A stretch of 64,000 nt of DNA from Camelus ferus (lineage: Eukaryota), in NCBI RefSeq assembly GCF_009834535.1, contig NC_045696.1, forward strand, positions 32,490,001 through 32,554,000. The letters are read 5' to 3'. This document shows positions 1 through 12,020 of this stretch, piece by piece (positions within the stretch are counted from its first letter, which is position 1; every line of letters begins with the position of its first letter). The notes beneath the pieces are model-generated. The model was not told the origin of the DNA. It ran no database searches and saw nothing but the letters and a program-made list of their open reading frames with translations. The position numbers and the translations under genes were made by a program.

Positions 1-1038
1 GACTGAGAGAAACAATATAAGAAGAGGAAGTGAAGAACAGGGAGAAAAGTTCAAATTGTAAGAACAGAATAAGAATGTGCAATAAATTAACTGAAAATGT
101 ATACAGACAGAGACCTGCTCTAAATGTAATATCGTATTATGTCTTCTGTTTGCTGCCCATAAATATTAATTTATGTATACAAAACCAGAGAAAGCATGTT
201 GGAAATGGACACAATCTGCCCATCAACCAAGTTTTGTTCACATAATATTATACAGATGATTCAAGAAAGTTTTCATGTGCTTCTTAAGAGATGCACTGTT
301 TTGGTCATCTCCTGTTTACATTTTCCTTGCCCTCTATCTAACCTGACAGTTGTGACACTGATGTCTTCTCCTTCTCGATGATTTGTGAATTCCTTACCCC
401 TGTTCACTCTCATTGTTGCTCTTGCATACTGATGGAACCACCCCCCACCTTCAGACAATAAAGTTTAAAATTATTCACAGTAATCTATACTACATGCCAT
501 TTGACTCATTATAACACAGTAAATGGCTACAGAATATCAAAAAGCTTGCCAAGAAGTCAAAGACATCAGTTTTTACATGAACAGGTGTATATACAGACAT
601 CAAGAAAGTAGATAATTCTCTTTTGCTTTAAAACAGAATGAAAGGAAGTAGAATGGTTAAGAATACAAAAACAATGTAAAATAAAAGCCCAAAAACTATT
701 AAAAATAATGCTTTCCATAAATATATATTTGTTCTTTTTCACAAAAGGGATTTTAGTTATTGAACAGTCGATGACATTTTCTGGTCAGTTGACAATATAA
801 ATGTTGCCCTCAGCCAAGAGGCCAGATTTCAGAGTTTGAGAGTCTAAGCCTGTGTTTGTTTTGTTTCTGCAGTCTTTGAAGTATTAAATATACTATTAGA
901 GAAGGGACAAAGGGATATGTTTATAATATTATCTAAACCCAAAGATAACCTGCATGAATACTTTGAAAATAATTTTCAATGAGAAATAGAAACAATAAAA
1001 GAAAAATGATTCAAGTAATGGCTATGATATCAGTTCTT

Positions 1039-1253
1039 TTTTTTTTAACATTTTTTATTGATTTATAATCATTTTACAATGTTGTGTCAAATTCCAGTGT
1101 TCAGCACAATTTTTCAGTCATTCATGGACATATACACACTCATTGTCACATTTTTTTCTCTGTGAGTTATCATAACATTTTGTGTACAGACTGGGATTTC
1201 AAAATTGTAGAGTAGATAAACAAGATTACACTGTATAGCACAAGGAAATATAC
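1039..1253 (-). mobile_element. Young, very short 5'-inverted L1 (3' UTR only; camelid-type)
   Basis: Poly(T) tail and L1 3' terminus antisense at 1039-1186, then the adjacent upstream UTR piece in sense at 1187-1253. Perfect TSD ATCAGTTCTT at 1029-1038 and 1254-1263, with endonuclease-like site TCTT/GA. Confidence 0.9.
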
Positions 1254-1789
1254 ATCAGTTCTTGAATAAAGTTAAATATGAGTCCTTTTTTATAAGAGAG
1301 GGTTTGTTGAGCATTTCTTCTTACTGTTCGGATATACTTGACTTATAATAGGAGGGCATATATTGATATACTAAATATCTTATATCTACATCATGAATTA
1401 GGATAAGTGTGTAAGTTCTTTAAGTCAATCCTATAAATAATCAGGATGCAATCCTGTTAAGTAAACCAATATGCTTAATTGTTTAACAAACTATATTGTA
1501 ATAAATGCCCTTGAGTTGATTTTGGAGCAAGTTTGATTTCTTGTATACCTCAAATAGGGTGTAAAGCCTGTGTGTTGCACAATTATGTCATGTTGTTTCT
1601 TTTAATTGAATTATGAATTATTAAGTAAATTTAAATTATACACATCACAGACCTACTGTAATCTTGGCCATAAATTATATGAAACCATACTTTACTAAAT
1701 TGGTGCTATGGAACAAATTATAGGGAAATAATAATCATCCAACCAGTATTTCAGTTCAACTCACTAATCCTATGAATGGCTACCATGTA

Positions 1790-3230
1790 GCCTCAATATT
1801 TTCTCCAGCCCCATCCCATTCGTCTGCAGACATTTCGAGTCAAACTCCTCAAAAGATGACTTCAATGCCTTCTTCTCTTTCTTTCCAAACCTCTTTCAGT
1901 CAGGCATTTATGCCCACTATTTCACAATTTTGCTTTTGTTAAGATCATCAATGCCTTCCATGCTGTGAAACACACTTCTGTGTTTCTCATGTTACTTGAC
2001 CTGTTGGCGAATAGGAAACAGCTGATTACTCTGCCGTCTCCATGAAAACTTCACCTTGACTTTTCAGCCCAGCTGGCCACTTTTTAACTGGCACGTGACT
2101 CCTTCTCATCCCACTGGTGACAGGGAAGCACTCAGTGTCTGCCCTTGAACCCGTTTTCTCCTTGCGATCCCTTGATGATCTCTTCACGGCTCATAGTTTT
2201 AAAGTTCACGTATATGCTGATAGCACTCACGTTTATATTTGTTTGCTCAGATCTGTCCTTTGCTGCCTACTCAGCATGTCCATGTAGATGTCTAACAGTC
2301 ATCTCAATTTTAATGAGTCCAAAAGCTTTCTCCTAATTCCTATCCTCACAACCAATTCCTCTGACCGTATTTCCCACCTCAGTTGGCCACTCCAACTCTC
2401 CAGTTGCTTGGATCTAAGAAACTTCTCTTTCATATCCAACACACTACCCAGTAAGAATCTTACTGGCTTTACTTTCAAATAATCAAGTTTTTAAAATTAT
2501 ATCTTAACACTTACAGAATCTGTACTATGGCCAAATCTACCGCCCTATTTTGGGTCTGAGGGGCAGTTACTGCAAAAGTCATGTACCAATCTTCCGGCTT
2601 CTACTCCTAAGGTTTGCTACCCTAAATCTATTCTCAACACAGCAACAAGGGCGATCCTGTGAAAACATAAGTCAGTGTAGGTCACTTCCCTACTTACAGC
2701 TTCCCATCTCAATGCAATAGAAACTAAAATCTGATGAAAACGTTAGAATTGGATCTATTATTTGTCCAAACTCATATCCTACTATACTGCCAAATTTGAA
2801 ACCACTCTAGTCACACTGACTTCCTGTTTTTTCCTTAAAACACACCTACGCATGCACACCCACCCGCCCCTCCATGCATACACACAAACACACACACACA
2901 CACTCTCATACCCACAGCCTGACCTCAAGATTTTCATCCTTATGATTCTCTATGGTATGCAGTGCTCTGAGACACCCACATAGATCACTCCCTCAGCTTT
3001 TCAAATGACACCTTATAAATAATGCTTTCTCATCATTTAACATTGCAGTCCTCAGTCCCTACTCCCACACTCCTATCCTTTCCTACAACTATCATATAAT
3101 ATACTATATAATTGGCTTATTTGTTTTGTAGATTATCTGTCTCCCAAATTTAGAAATTAAGCCCTATGAGTGTTGGGCCTTTTTTTTTTCTTCCAGACGA
3201 AATCCTTCTCTATGATTCCACCTAGAACCA
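1790..3230 (+). mobile_element. L2 LINE 3' region, degraded
   Basis: Long C/T-rich tract with L2-typical phrases (CTCATGTTACTTGACCTG, GATGTCTAACAGTCATCTCAA, AAAACATAAGTCAG..TCACT, ATCTGTCTCCC...TAAGCCCTATGAG). Includes an imperfect (CA)n at about 2840-2905. Confidence 0.8.
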
Positions 3231-3499
3231 CTCTTTGTATAATTTTTATTTGTTAAATTAATTAACTAAATACAAACGTTAGAGAAGAAATTACAGGCAC
3301 TGTCCAGCAGGGGGTTGCAATATCACAAGGAGGTATTCTTGACATATTCCCATTGAATCATTAGTAGATATAAATATTTAGAACAAGCCTGAGGCATAAT
3401 AAGTGCTATGTGTTTGTTATCAGTACTTACTGTGCTTTATCATTCGTATCATTAAGATCATTATCGTAACTACTGCTAAATGAGTACATACACTGTGTG

Positions 3500-3670
3500 T
3501 GTAGTCCTGACAATAACTTTGAAAAAAAGTAGTTTTTGGTATTATCATTTTGTTGATGAGTAAACTGAAACTTAGGGAATTTCAGTAATTTGCCAAAGGA
3601 AACAGCTTATATGCTGCAAAGTTAATATGCAAGTTTAGATCTGCCTACATCTAATGCTTGTAATTTTTCA
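3500..3670 (-). mobile_element. MIR SINE
   Basis: MIR core in antisense: CATTTTGTTGATGAGTAAACTGAAACTTAGGGAATTTCAGTAATTTGCCAAAGG. Confidence 0.75.
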
Positions 3671-4019
3671 TTAAACTATACTTGTTTTCCATTAGGTTTG
3701 CTTCAAAATTGTTTAATTTACTAATAAAATACTATAAGCAGTACGTAGTCATGAATTTGTATTTAAATCTGTAGAAAAATATTCTACTGTAAAATTGTAA
3801 AACTTTGCCATGGCTATGAAATTTAATACAGCAAAATTCTTAAAATGTATGTCAAATAAGACAATAATATTATTTTGTCTGTAATGAGATTTAAGCAGAT
3901 AAAAATTGTTGTCCAAAAATATGTCATAATATTCCCAAGAATTCGATTCAATTAATATTTGTTAATATACAGTAGAAAATAGGTTTTCTTGTCTTAAGGC
4001 AGATTATTTATCTGTTTGT

Positions 4020-4140
4020 TTAGTCAATCCACAAGCATTTATTTAATACCTAAAATATGTCAGATGCAGTCTAAATTTTGGAAATAGGACAACAACATTA
4101 GTGAGTTCCCATCACAAGGATTTCATAGTGGGAGGGGTAG
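4020..4140 (-). mobile_element. L2 3' end
   Basis: CAAGCATTTATTTAATACCTAAAATATGTCAGATGCAGTCTA resembles the antisense L2 terminus. Confidence 0.6.
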
Positions 4141-4489
4141 AAATGAAGAGATGATAACACTGCATTTTGATACAGGCTCTGATTGATGTATGAACATAGT
4201 GCAGTGAGAGAACAGGCTGCCTTCTTGGAAAAGGGGACCAAGGGTTGAGAATTTTTTAAAAATGCACTAGCTAAAAGGGAATAACCCTTTCTGAAATAAT
4301 ATAAAAGTATATTATTATGTAAATATAGTACAAAATGTTCATAATATATGAGACTATTGAAAATATGCTCATCCTCAAAAGTGCAGACGAGATGCTGAAC
4401 TTCCACAGATGTTTCTCTGATTATACCTGCAGGTGAGGACTAAGCACCCTGACTAGTCATCACACTATTTTTACCTCACAGGAGCATCT

Positions 4490-4670
4490 GTTGCATTTTA
4501 CCTTGTGGTATAGTTATTTGATACTTCTTACTTTCTCTAATAGATTATAAGTTCATTGAGGACAGATATCAGCTTCTTTTTCCTTTTTTTGTATCTCCAC
4601 TGTGCTTATCAAAGTGTTTAAGCATAGAAGGAAGTCAGTAATGAATGATATAATGAATTAATGAAATGAT
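4490..4670 (+). mobile_element. L2 3' end
   Basis: TAGATTATAAGTTCATTGAGGACAGA...GCATAGAAGGAAGTCAGTAATGAATG...AATGAATTAATG is the typical L2 terminus. Confidence 0.7.
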
Positions 4671-6024
4671 GAACTTTGTTATTCAGTGATACAAGTTGGA
4701 AGTGTAATCAGAGCCTAGGACATGAATTTAATTAAAATTTACGTAAGAGTTATGTATTCAGAAGGCCCATAGGGAGACATAAAAATGCCCCATAATTGTA
4801 GTTTCAAAGTATTATTTATGTCACAGCAAGACCATGGTCAGTAGGATCTTTCTGAATGATGAGTTCCTCAGATTTCAGAAAATCTTTCCTGTAGCATCAT
4901 TTAACTACTGACTCTGTCAGAAAGTTAAACATTTGCTCTGCTGTTCAGCTTTCCTTATTTGAAAAAGAATTAGTGTTTGAAGATAAGGATAAAAAGATTA
5001 TTAGAATATTTTATGAAAGATTTTCAGTGCCTCTTCAGTAATATGTTTATACATCACTTCTGGCAGCTAAATATTTAAATGACTTAGGATTAATATATGT
5101 TTTGTCAATTTCATAGTTGTAATACATACAGTAATAGAACTTGAAACTATGCCATGGGTTGAATAGGTTTTTTAAATTGCCATATTGGGCCCTAGAGGAG
5201 AAGCTCTATGATTCAAGGAGTAAGTGCCGAATCATGGGGACAGGTGCATTAAAACAGAGATCTACATTATCCTAGAAACATTATCTACATTATCCTGGGA
5301 AAACTGTACATGGAGAAGTGGAATAAGACATGTAAAAGAACATTTTAGACAATAGTTGTTGCCATTTATGTTTTAGATACTATAGTTTGATACATCCTTA
5401 CTGTAATGTTACTTCTATGGTAAATTACTTGATTTTAGATTCTATTCAATATATCCATTCTGCTAAACTTAACATCTAATTTGCTTTTAATAATGGTTTT
5501 AAAATATGGTCACACTGTTCAGAATCATAAAGCTTTGCACCTTAAACATACAGGCAATGGACTGAGTAGTCTACATAAAGAATGATAAAGCAGTGACTAC
5601 CCTTCACTTCACTCATCTTGTTTATTCAAGATTGCATTCCACCTACACCACAGGTTGTTGCTACAAAGGATTGCTTAAGCATTTATATTTTGCAAACATG
5701 CTCACGAAATTTTTATTACCTACATGCCCCAGTGACTAAGCAAATGACATTCGGTATTACATCAAAGTCTGTTGTGCTGAATCAAAAGCATTTCTGATTT
5801 GGGGTCCCAAGGCTTTTGAATATTTGTTTGTGTTTAAAGACATGAGTTGAATGTATTCTTTTCCCATCATGCCTCTGTTCAAGGTTAAAGTCTAGTTACT
5901 AATTATACATTGGCCAGTGCACTGTACAGTGCAATAGTTCTTATTTGCTTTTAGTTAAGGCAAAGCAAAATTTTATTTGTAATCCTGGTCCTTTCTATGT
6001 GCCAGGCATTATAGGAAAGAAAAT

Positions 6025-6052
6025 AAACAAAACAAAACAAAACAAAACAAAA
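6025..6052 (+). repeat. (AAAAC)n microsatellite
   Basis: About 5 tandem AAAAC units read directly. Confidence 0.95.
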
Positions 6053-6349
6053 GGTGACTCTTCAGTGTGCATAATCTTAGCAAATATATCTATTTTCACT
6101 TAAAATTGGTGTTCTTACGATTTTTTATGAAGCTATTGAAATTTTCATTGCATACTTTTCATCTGGGTATACGTCCTCATGATTCTAAACAGATAATTGA
6201 AAAACTGAAAAATTCAGTCTTACATGGCAATGCACCAGTGTGTGTATAACACAGCCAGACCTAGGGATTCTCCCTATAAAGCTGTCATCATGTATGGGGT
6301 TTGTATGTTTATGTGTGTTTACACGTGTAGGACCGCATACTGATCCCTT

Positions 6350-6470
6350 CCTTCAACAGATTCATGACCTTGTCAAAGTCACTTAGTTATTGAATCTACA
6401 TAGGCATTGGTTGTCTCATTCATCAAGCAAGAAGTTTGGCCTCACTGACTGCCCAAGTCTCCTCTAGCTT
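6350..6470 (+). mobile_element. MIR/MIR3 fragment
   Basis: TGACCTTGTCAAAGTCACTTA...TCTCATTCATCAAG...AAGTCTCCTCTAGC. Confidence 0.55.
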
Positions 6471-7044
6471 TTTAGTAATAAAACATTCTATAATTTCATT
6501 ATTCTACCATTGTACGTTGATTCACATGGATTTTTTATAGGTAGAGATAAACCAGTCTTCAGCATGTCATTCTATAATTTTTCATTAGGGCTGTTAAATA
6601 AAGTCCTTTGATATGAAATATTCAAAATATTTCATGAAAGATAGAATCTGGATGAAGACTCCTTTATAGAAAGGCTAGTTCCTCTCAGCGAAAACATCTT
6701 GGAGATTTAGAATGTTTCTTTTATTATGTCAAAGTGCACTTCTGTGAATCATGACTGTCAAGAGAGTCATCACTGCTTTCATACAAATTCAGAAATAGTT
6801 CATTTGAATGAGTTTTCCTTCTGTGTTAAATAGTTTTAGTAACAGAATAAAGTTGGAGGATATTTGGAAGCAAAACCCCCAAAACCTGATGGTAAAAAGT
6901 CTTTTTCAGATATAATACATTATTTAAATATGACTTTTTTTTTTCTGAAATTAATTCCTCCTTGGCACATAAAGGGATACTCTAATCAACTCCTTATTTC
7001 CTATGTGGAAGTTAAAATGTTGACTTAAATATTACATTCATGTT

Positions 7045-7088
7045 AAAGTGAATGTAAAAATGAAATAAAATAAAATAAAGTGAATGTA
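7045..7088 (+). mobile_element. Probable tail-only L1-mediated insertion with TSD
   Basis: Direct repeat AAAGTGAATGTA (7045-7056, 7077-7088) flanks a 20-bp A-rich insert. The left copy follows TT, giving a TT/AAAG endonuclease-type site. Confidence 0.55.
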
Positions 7089-7129
7089 GAAAGCAGACTA
7101 TCAGTTTTTAAAATTCTCCTATGTTCACA

Positions 7130-7310
7130 AGAATATTATAGGGCTAAGAAAACTGTAGACATGAACTCATCCAGATATCTCATTTTACAGATAATGGAAA
7201 AATGAATAAAAATGGATAAAAGTAGATGCCCATGGTCCCTTAGCTAAATGGTAGTGGAGCTGATACTAGACTTTTTGTCGCAGTCCAGTGATCTTTCTAG
7301 CATACAGGCT
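7130..7310 (-). mobile_element. MIR SINE
   Basis: CTCATTTTACAGATAATGGAAA...GCCCATGGTCCCTTAGCTAAATGGTAGTGGAGCTGATACTAGA. Confidence 0.7.
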
Positions 7311-8169
7311 GCCTCACTTTCAATGCAAATTGGTTCCAGTGGATTAATTTTTAAATGAGTACTTGCCTTATGGCTGACAGGTAAAGGGCCTGGGATGTCA
7401 GGATAAGGTTAGGAAATAGGTAAACCGAACAAGACTGAAAAGTTGTTCCCATCAAACTAAATGAGCTGCTTGCCTGATTCTTGTAAGAAGATCTAAAAGA
7501 TTAACCTTTTTATTCCAATGAAGCCAAAACATCAAATCAGTGAAGAAAAACCTGTCAACCAGAAGCTTATTCTTCGTGTATTTCAACTGCATTATGTAGG
7601 GGACTGGTAAAAGTATTTGGAGTAAATTTTTTTAAATGTCATGTATAATCATAGCATAATTTACCTGTCTCATAAGTAAATTTAAATAAATAAATGAAAA
7701 TAAATGCATCACCATATCTCCTTGCTGGCACCCAGGGAAAGTTAGTTTATTTAATTGTATCTGTTATAATCTTGCACACAAATACACATACATGAGTCTG
7801 AATCTCAAATTAAATGACAGCAAATTATGCTGAACAATAGATTTAGGTCTGCTGTTCAGACTAACAATTAATTTAGAACTCAAATTGAAAATGCAGATTA
7901 AATAATGCAGTAATATATAAAAGGATAGAATGAATGGCTCATTTTCACCATGTGAAAGTAAACTTCCATGAAATTTGATACTTAGGTACTCTGAAATTTT
8001 GTGGTTTAACAGAGGTATAAAACTTCCAGTCATAGATTCACTAGTACCTTTTTACAAGAAAAATCATAATGTTGTATAAACATATTCAATTTATTAATTG
8101 AAGTTTAGGTTTTCCTTCAAATACTGTATAATAGTAAATAATCAGTTGAACTTATCTTGCCTGAAAAAA

Positions 8170-8335
8170 TAACTCGAAAAGAACATGAACTTCAAATTCA
8201 AATAGTACTGAATTTGAATCGAGGTAAATTACTTGGACAAATTTCCCAATCTCCATAATTTCTGGTTAAAAATAATGAACTGGAATGATTTTGAAGATTC
8301 AATGAGATAACATATAAGCAGCTAGGCTAATTTAG
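8170..8335 (+). mobile_element. MIR fragment
   Basis: ACTTGGACAAATTTCCCAATCTC...GAAGATTCAATGAGATAACATAT. Confidence 0.55.
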
Positions 8336-8879
8336 TAAGTTTTAAAAAAAAATAAACTCTAGACTGTTTTCAGCATATTTTCTCTGGCTCCAAATCCTGA
8401 CTTACAAAGATAGGTAGATAATCAAAAATTGAATTAAAGTTTAGGGTTCTACTTTTTCAAGAAAAATAGATTATGGTCTTTTAATTTAAATTTACCTTTT
8501 ATTTATATTTAACACAAGATGTTCAACACAAAATGAACATTTAAAAATGGGATGATTAAAAATCATGCAGTTTCATTCAAAGAGAATATGAATATTTCTA
8601 TATGTTAAGATTTTTTTAATTAGCAGGATTTATGAAAATCCAGTGAACCCAGATGAAATCACATAATGCTCAAATTACTTAGGATCACACTAATACTTAT
8701 TTCAGGAAAAGGAAGATATTTTGATGAGTATTTAATAACCATCTATAGTTGCATTTTTGTAACTGCTTCAGAAAATATTCTGTTAATCCTAGCCAGAAAT
8801 AACAGTTCTGTCCCTGAAAACCCATGAGGTTTTGTTGTACAATTTCTGGACACCTCATTTACTCCCTTGCTAAATAGGG

Positions 8880-9015
8880 ATTGCAGACACATTGTAGAGT
8901 CCCTTCTGGTTCACAAGCTCATTGTCTTATTCCTCTGAAAATCTCAGAGTGCCTAGCACAGCAACTTTCACACCATTTGCTCTTGATCATTTATTGGTTA
9001 GTGAATGAATGAATT
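8880..9015 (+). mobile_element. L2 3' end
   Basis: TGTCTTATTC...AGTGCCTAGCACAG...GTGAATGAATGAAT terminus. Confidence 0.65.
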
Positions 9016-9499
9016 ACCAGTTTGGTGTTTGCTATTCTGTGCACAGAGCTGATGTCTTTAAAATGACATTTTATTTAAATTACTACCCAACAATGTTATT
9101 CTAAAAATCTTTATATCCGTTTTGTATTTAGGAACACATTAACAGCGGTCAATAATTTAGCTATTAATGTGAAGTGTCATTTCACCAGGGATCCGTCCTG
9201 TGAAATGGATGATATGGAAGCATTTATTTAAAAGAGTTTTAAGGTACTTATGTGCAGTCCAAAGCACTCAATTTCTAAGCTAAATGCTTCACTAGTTCAC
9301 TCTCTGGCAAGTCTAGATGACTTTGGCTTTAAATTAGAGAGCAGTGCTTCTTCACATTCTTACTTGAAATATCATCTACATCCCACAACACTTTTTCACG
9401 TGCTTTTGTCACTCAAATAACACTTTTCTTAGTATGTGGCAGTTTCAAAAGATTCTTAGAGTATATTTTTGATTCTTAGAACAGCACCAGTATTGTTAG

Positions 9500-9640
9500 G
9501 GGAATTTTTTAAAGCCCCATTTGATAGTTTAAAAATCCAAGACTTGAAGAGTTTCAGCTTCTTTGCCCAAGGTTTCATATGTTAGGTGAATGGCCAGGTG
9601 AGAAGTGGTATCCAAGACTTTCAGTATCATTCCAAGTGTT
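9500..9640 (-). mobile_element. MIR fragment
   Basis: CCCCATTTGATAG...TTTGCCCAAGGTTTCATATGTTAG. Confidence 0.5.
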
Positions 9641-10256
9641 TTTTTTTTTTTCCCTTTCATACTCTTTTCTTTAAGATGGCATAAAAACAGCATTACCAGA
9701 ACAACAACAGCAACAATGGATATTTAAAGATAAAGCAGAAAGGGAAAAGATTGCTTTAAAGGAAACTCTCTGACATCCTCAAAGTCTATAGAATCTCATG
9801 CTTCTTTTTATTCTGTTTGTTGTCTTTGTTCTTCTGCTTTGTTGGATTTTGTTTTAATTTCTCTATTAATTTGTTGCATGTTTTCCAATGCATTTAATAC
9901 ATACTGTTGTTGTTTCATCCTTAATTGTATGGTGGTGAGTATCCCCACCTGTGACATTCTGTTGTTGTTTAAGGCAATTTAAAAAAACAGAGACAAATAG
10001 TTGTACCAAGCCATCAGTCTTTGTTCTTTGAAAGAACTTTTTAAAAATTCTCTTTCTTTTGGACTCTGTAGAAATTCTCCCCTAGATCATCCCAAGAGAT
10101 AATCCTCAGATAAAAGGTCAGAGGCAGTTCCAATCTTGGAAGTTGCCTTGTTGCAGCAGATGTGATGTACGGCGACCATTTGGGGAATGTAATAAAATAT
10201 TTAGCAAAAAATTGCATAAAAGTTATGACAGTATAATTTTATGAAAATGAAGAATC

Positions 10257-10332
10257 TCACGTACACACACAAACATGCAGACTCGCACACTCACACACAC
10301 ACACAAACACACAACACACATAAACGTACACT
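10257..10332 (+). repeat. Imperfect (CA)n microsatellite
   Basis: Interrupted CA run read directly. Confidence 0.85.
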
Positions 10333-10408
10333 CTTAAATTTTGCTTAGAAAAGTCATTTAGAAACTAAAAAGCCTCCTGAGACAGAATGACTTTTTAAAA
10401 TTTAAAGT

Positions 10409-11615
10409 TATCTTGGTAATTGTAAATAATGCTGCTATGAACATTGAGGTGCATGTATCTTTTTGAATCAGTGTTTTTTATTTTTTAGATACATACCCAG
10501 GAGTGGAATTGCTGGGTCATATGGTAGATCTATTTTTAGTTTTCTGAGAAACCTCCATGCTGTCTTCCACAGTGGCTGCACCAATTTATATTCCCATGAA
10601 CAGTGTACAAGTGTTCCCATTTCTCCACATCTTCACAAACATTTTTTATTTGTGGTTTTTTTTTTTTTTTTTTTTTTTTGATGATACCCAGTTTGACAGG
10701 TGTGAGGTGATATTTCGTTGTGGTTTTGACTTGCATTTCCCAGATAATTAATGATATTGAGCATGTTTACATGTGTCTGTTGGTCATATGCATTTCCTTT
10801 TTGGAAAAATTTCTATGCAGGTCTTCTGCCTGTTTTCTAATTGGGTTGTTTGTTCATTTTTTTTTTTTTTATGTTGAGTTGTATGAGCTGCTTATATATG
10901 TTGGATATTAATCCCTTATTGATCATATCATTTGCAAATATTTTGTCCCATTCATTAGGCTGTATTTTCATTTTTCAACGGTTTCCTTTGTGGTACAAAA
11001 GCTTTTAAGTTTAATTAGATCCCATTTGTTTATTTTTGCTTCTATTTCCTTTATTTTAGGAGATGGATCCAAAAAAATATTGCTGAAGTTTATGTCAAAG
11101 GCAGTTCTGCATATGTTTTCCTCCAGGAGTTTTATGGTTTCCAGTCTTACACTTAGATCTTTAGTCCATTTTGAGTTTACTTTTGGATATGGTGTTAGAG
11201 AATGTTCTAATTTCATTCTTTTACATGTAGCTGTGTAGTTTACTAAGTCTCTTTTGAAGAAACTATCTTTTCCCCACTGTACATTCTTGCCTCTTTTGTC
11301 ATAGATTAATTGAGCATAAGTGTGTGGGTTTATTTTTGGGTTCTCTATCCTGTTCTATTGATCTATGTGTCCGTTTTTGTGCTAGTACCATACTGTTTTC
11401 ATTACTGTATCTTTGTAGTATAGTCTGAAGTCAAGGAGTGTGATTCCTCCAGCTCTGTTCTTCTTTCTCAAGATTATTTTAACTATTCAGGGTCTTTTGC
11501 ATTTCCATACAAAATTTAAAATTATTTGTTCTGTAAAAAATGCCACTGGTAGGTATTTTGGTAGGAATTGCATTAAATCTGTAGATTGCTTTTGGTAGTA
11601 TAGTCATTTTAACAA
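10409..11615 (-). mobile_element. L1 ORF2 C-terminal remnant (inverted 5' part of a twin-primed L1)
   Basis: Minus-strand ORFs 10968-11216 (..LTPYPKVNSKWTKDL..INKWDLIKLKSFCT..KET) and 10536-10736 (MQVKTTTKYHLTPV..IIKK) match L1 ORF2p motifs. Frameshifted and non-functional. Confidence 0.95.
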
Positions 11616-12020
11616 GATATGGAAGCAACCTAAGTGTCCAACACACATAATGGAATATTACTCTGTCATTAAAAACAATGAAATTTTGCCATTTGCAGCA
11701 ACATGGTTGGACTTGAACAGCATATTGCTAAGTGAAATAAGTCAGACACAGAAAGACAAATATTTTATATCACTTATATGTGAAATCTAAAAAAATTACA
11801 ACAAACTAGTGAATATGACAGAAAGGAAGCAAACTCACAGATATAGGGAACATGCTAGTGGTTACAGTGGGGAGGAGGCAGGGGTAATACAGAAGTGGGG
11901 AGTCAAAGGTACAAACTATTGAGAGGTTCAAGGATGTATTCTACAACATGGGGAATATAGTCAATATTTTGTAATAACTAAATGTAGAGTAACTTTTAAA
12001 AATTACATAAATATTTACAT
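11613..12020 (+). mobile_element. L1 ORF2 end and 3' UTR (non-inverted part of the same insertion)
   Basis: CAAGATATGGAAGCAACCTAAGTGTCC...CCATTTGCAGCAACATGG...CTAAGTGAAATAAGTCAGAC...GGGAATATAGTCAATATTTTGTAATAAC. It continues from where the minus segment ends (CCAAGATA at 10416-10409). Confidence 0.9.

Noticed and set aside
6613..6635. Perfect 10-bp inverted repeat (a similar one at 8191-8218)
   Set aside because: Almost all A/T, expected by chance in this composition, with no TSD or MITE context.
10463..11238. Cluster of overlapping ORFs on both strands
   Set aside because: All lie in the L1 remnant. The plus-strand ORFs are antisense shadows and the minus-strand ORFs are broken ORF2 pieces, not a host gene.
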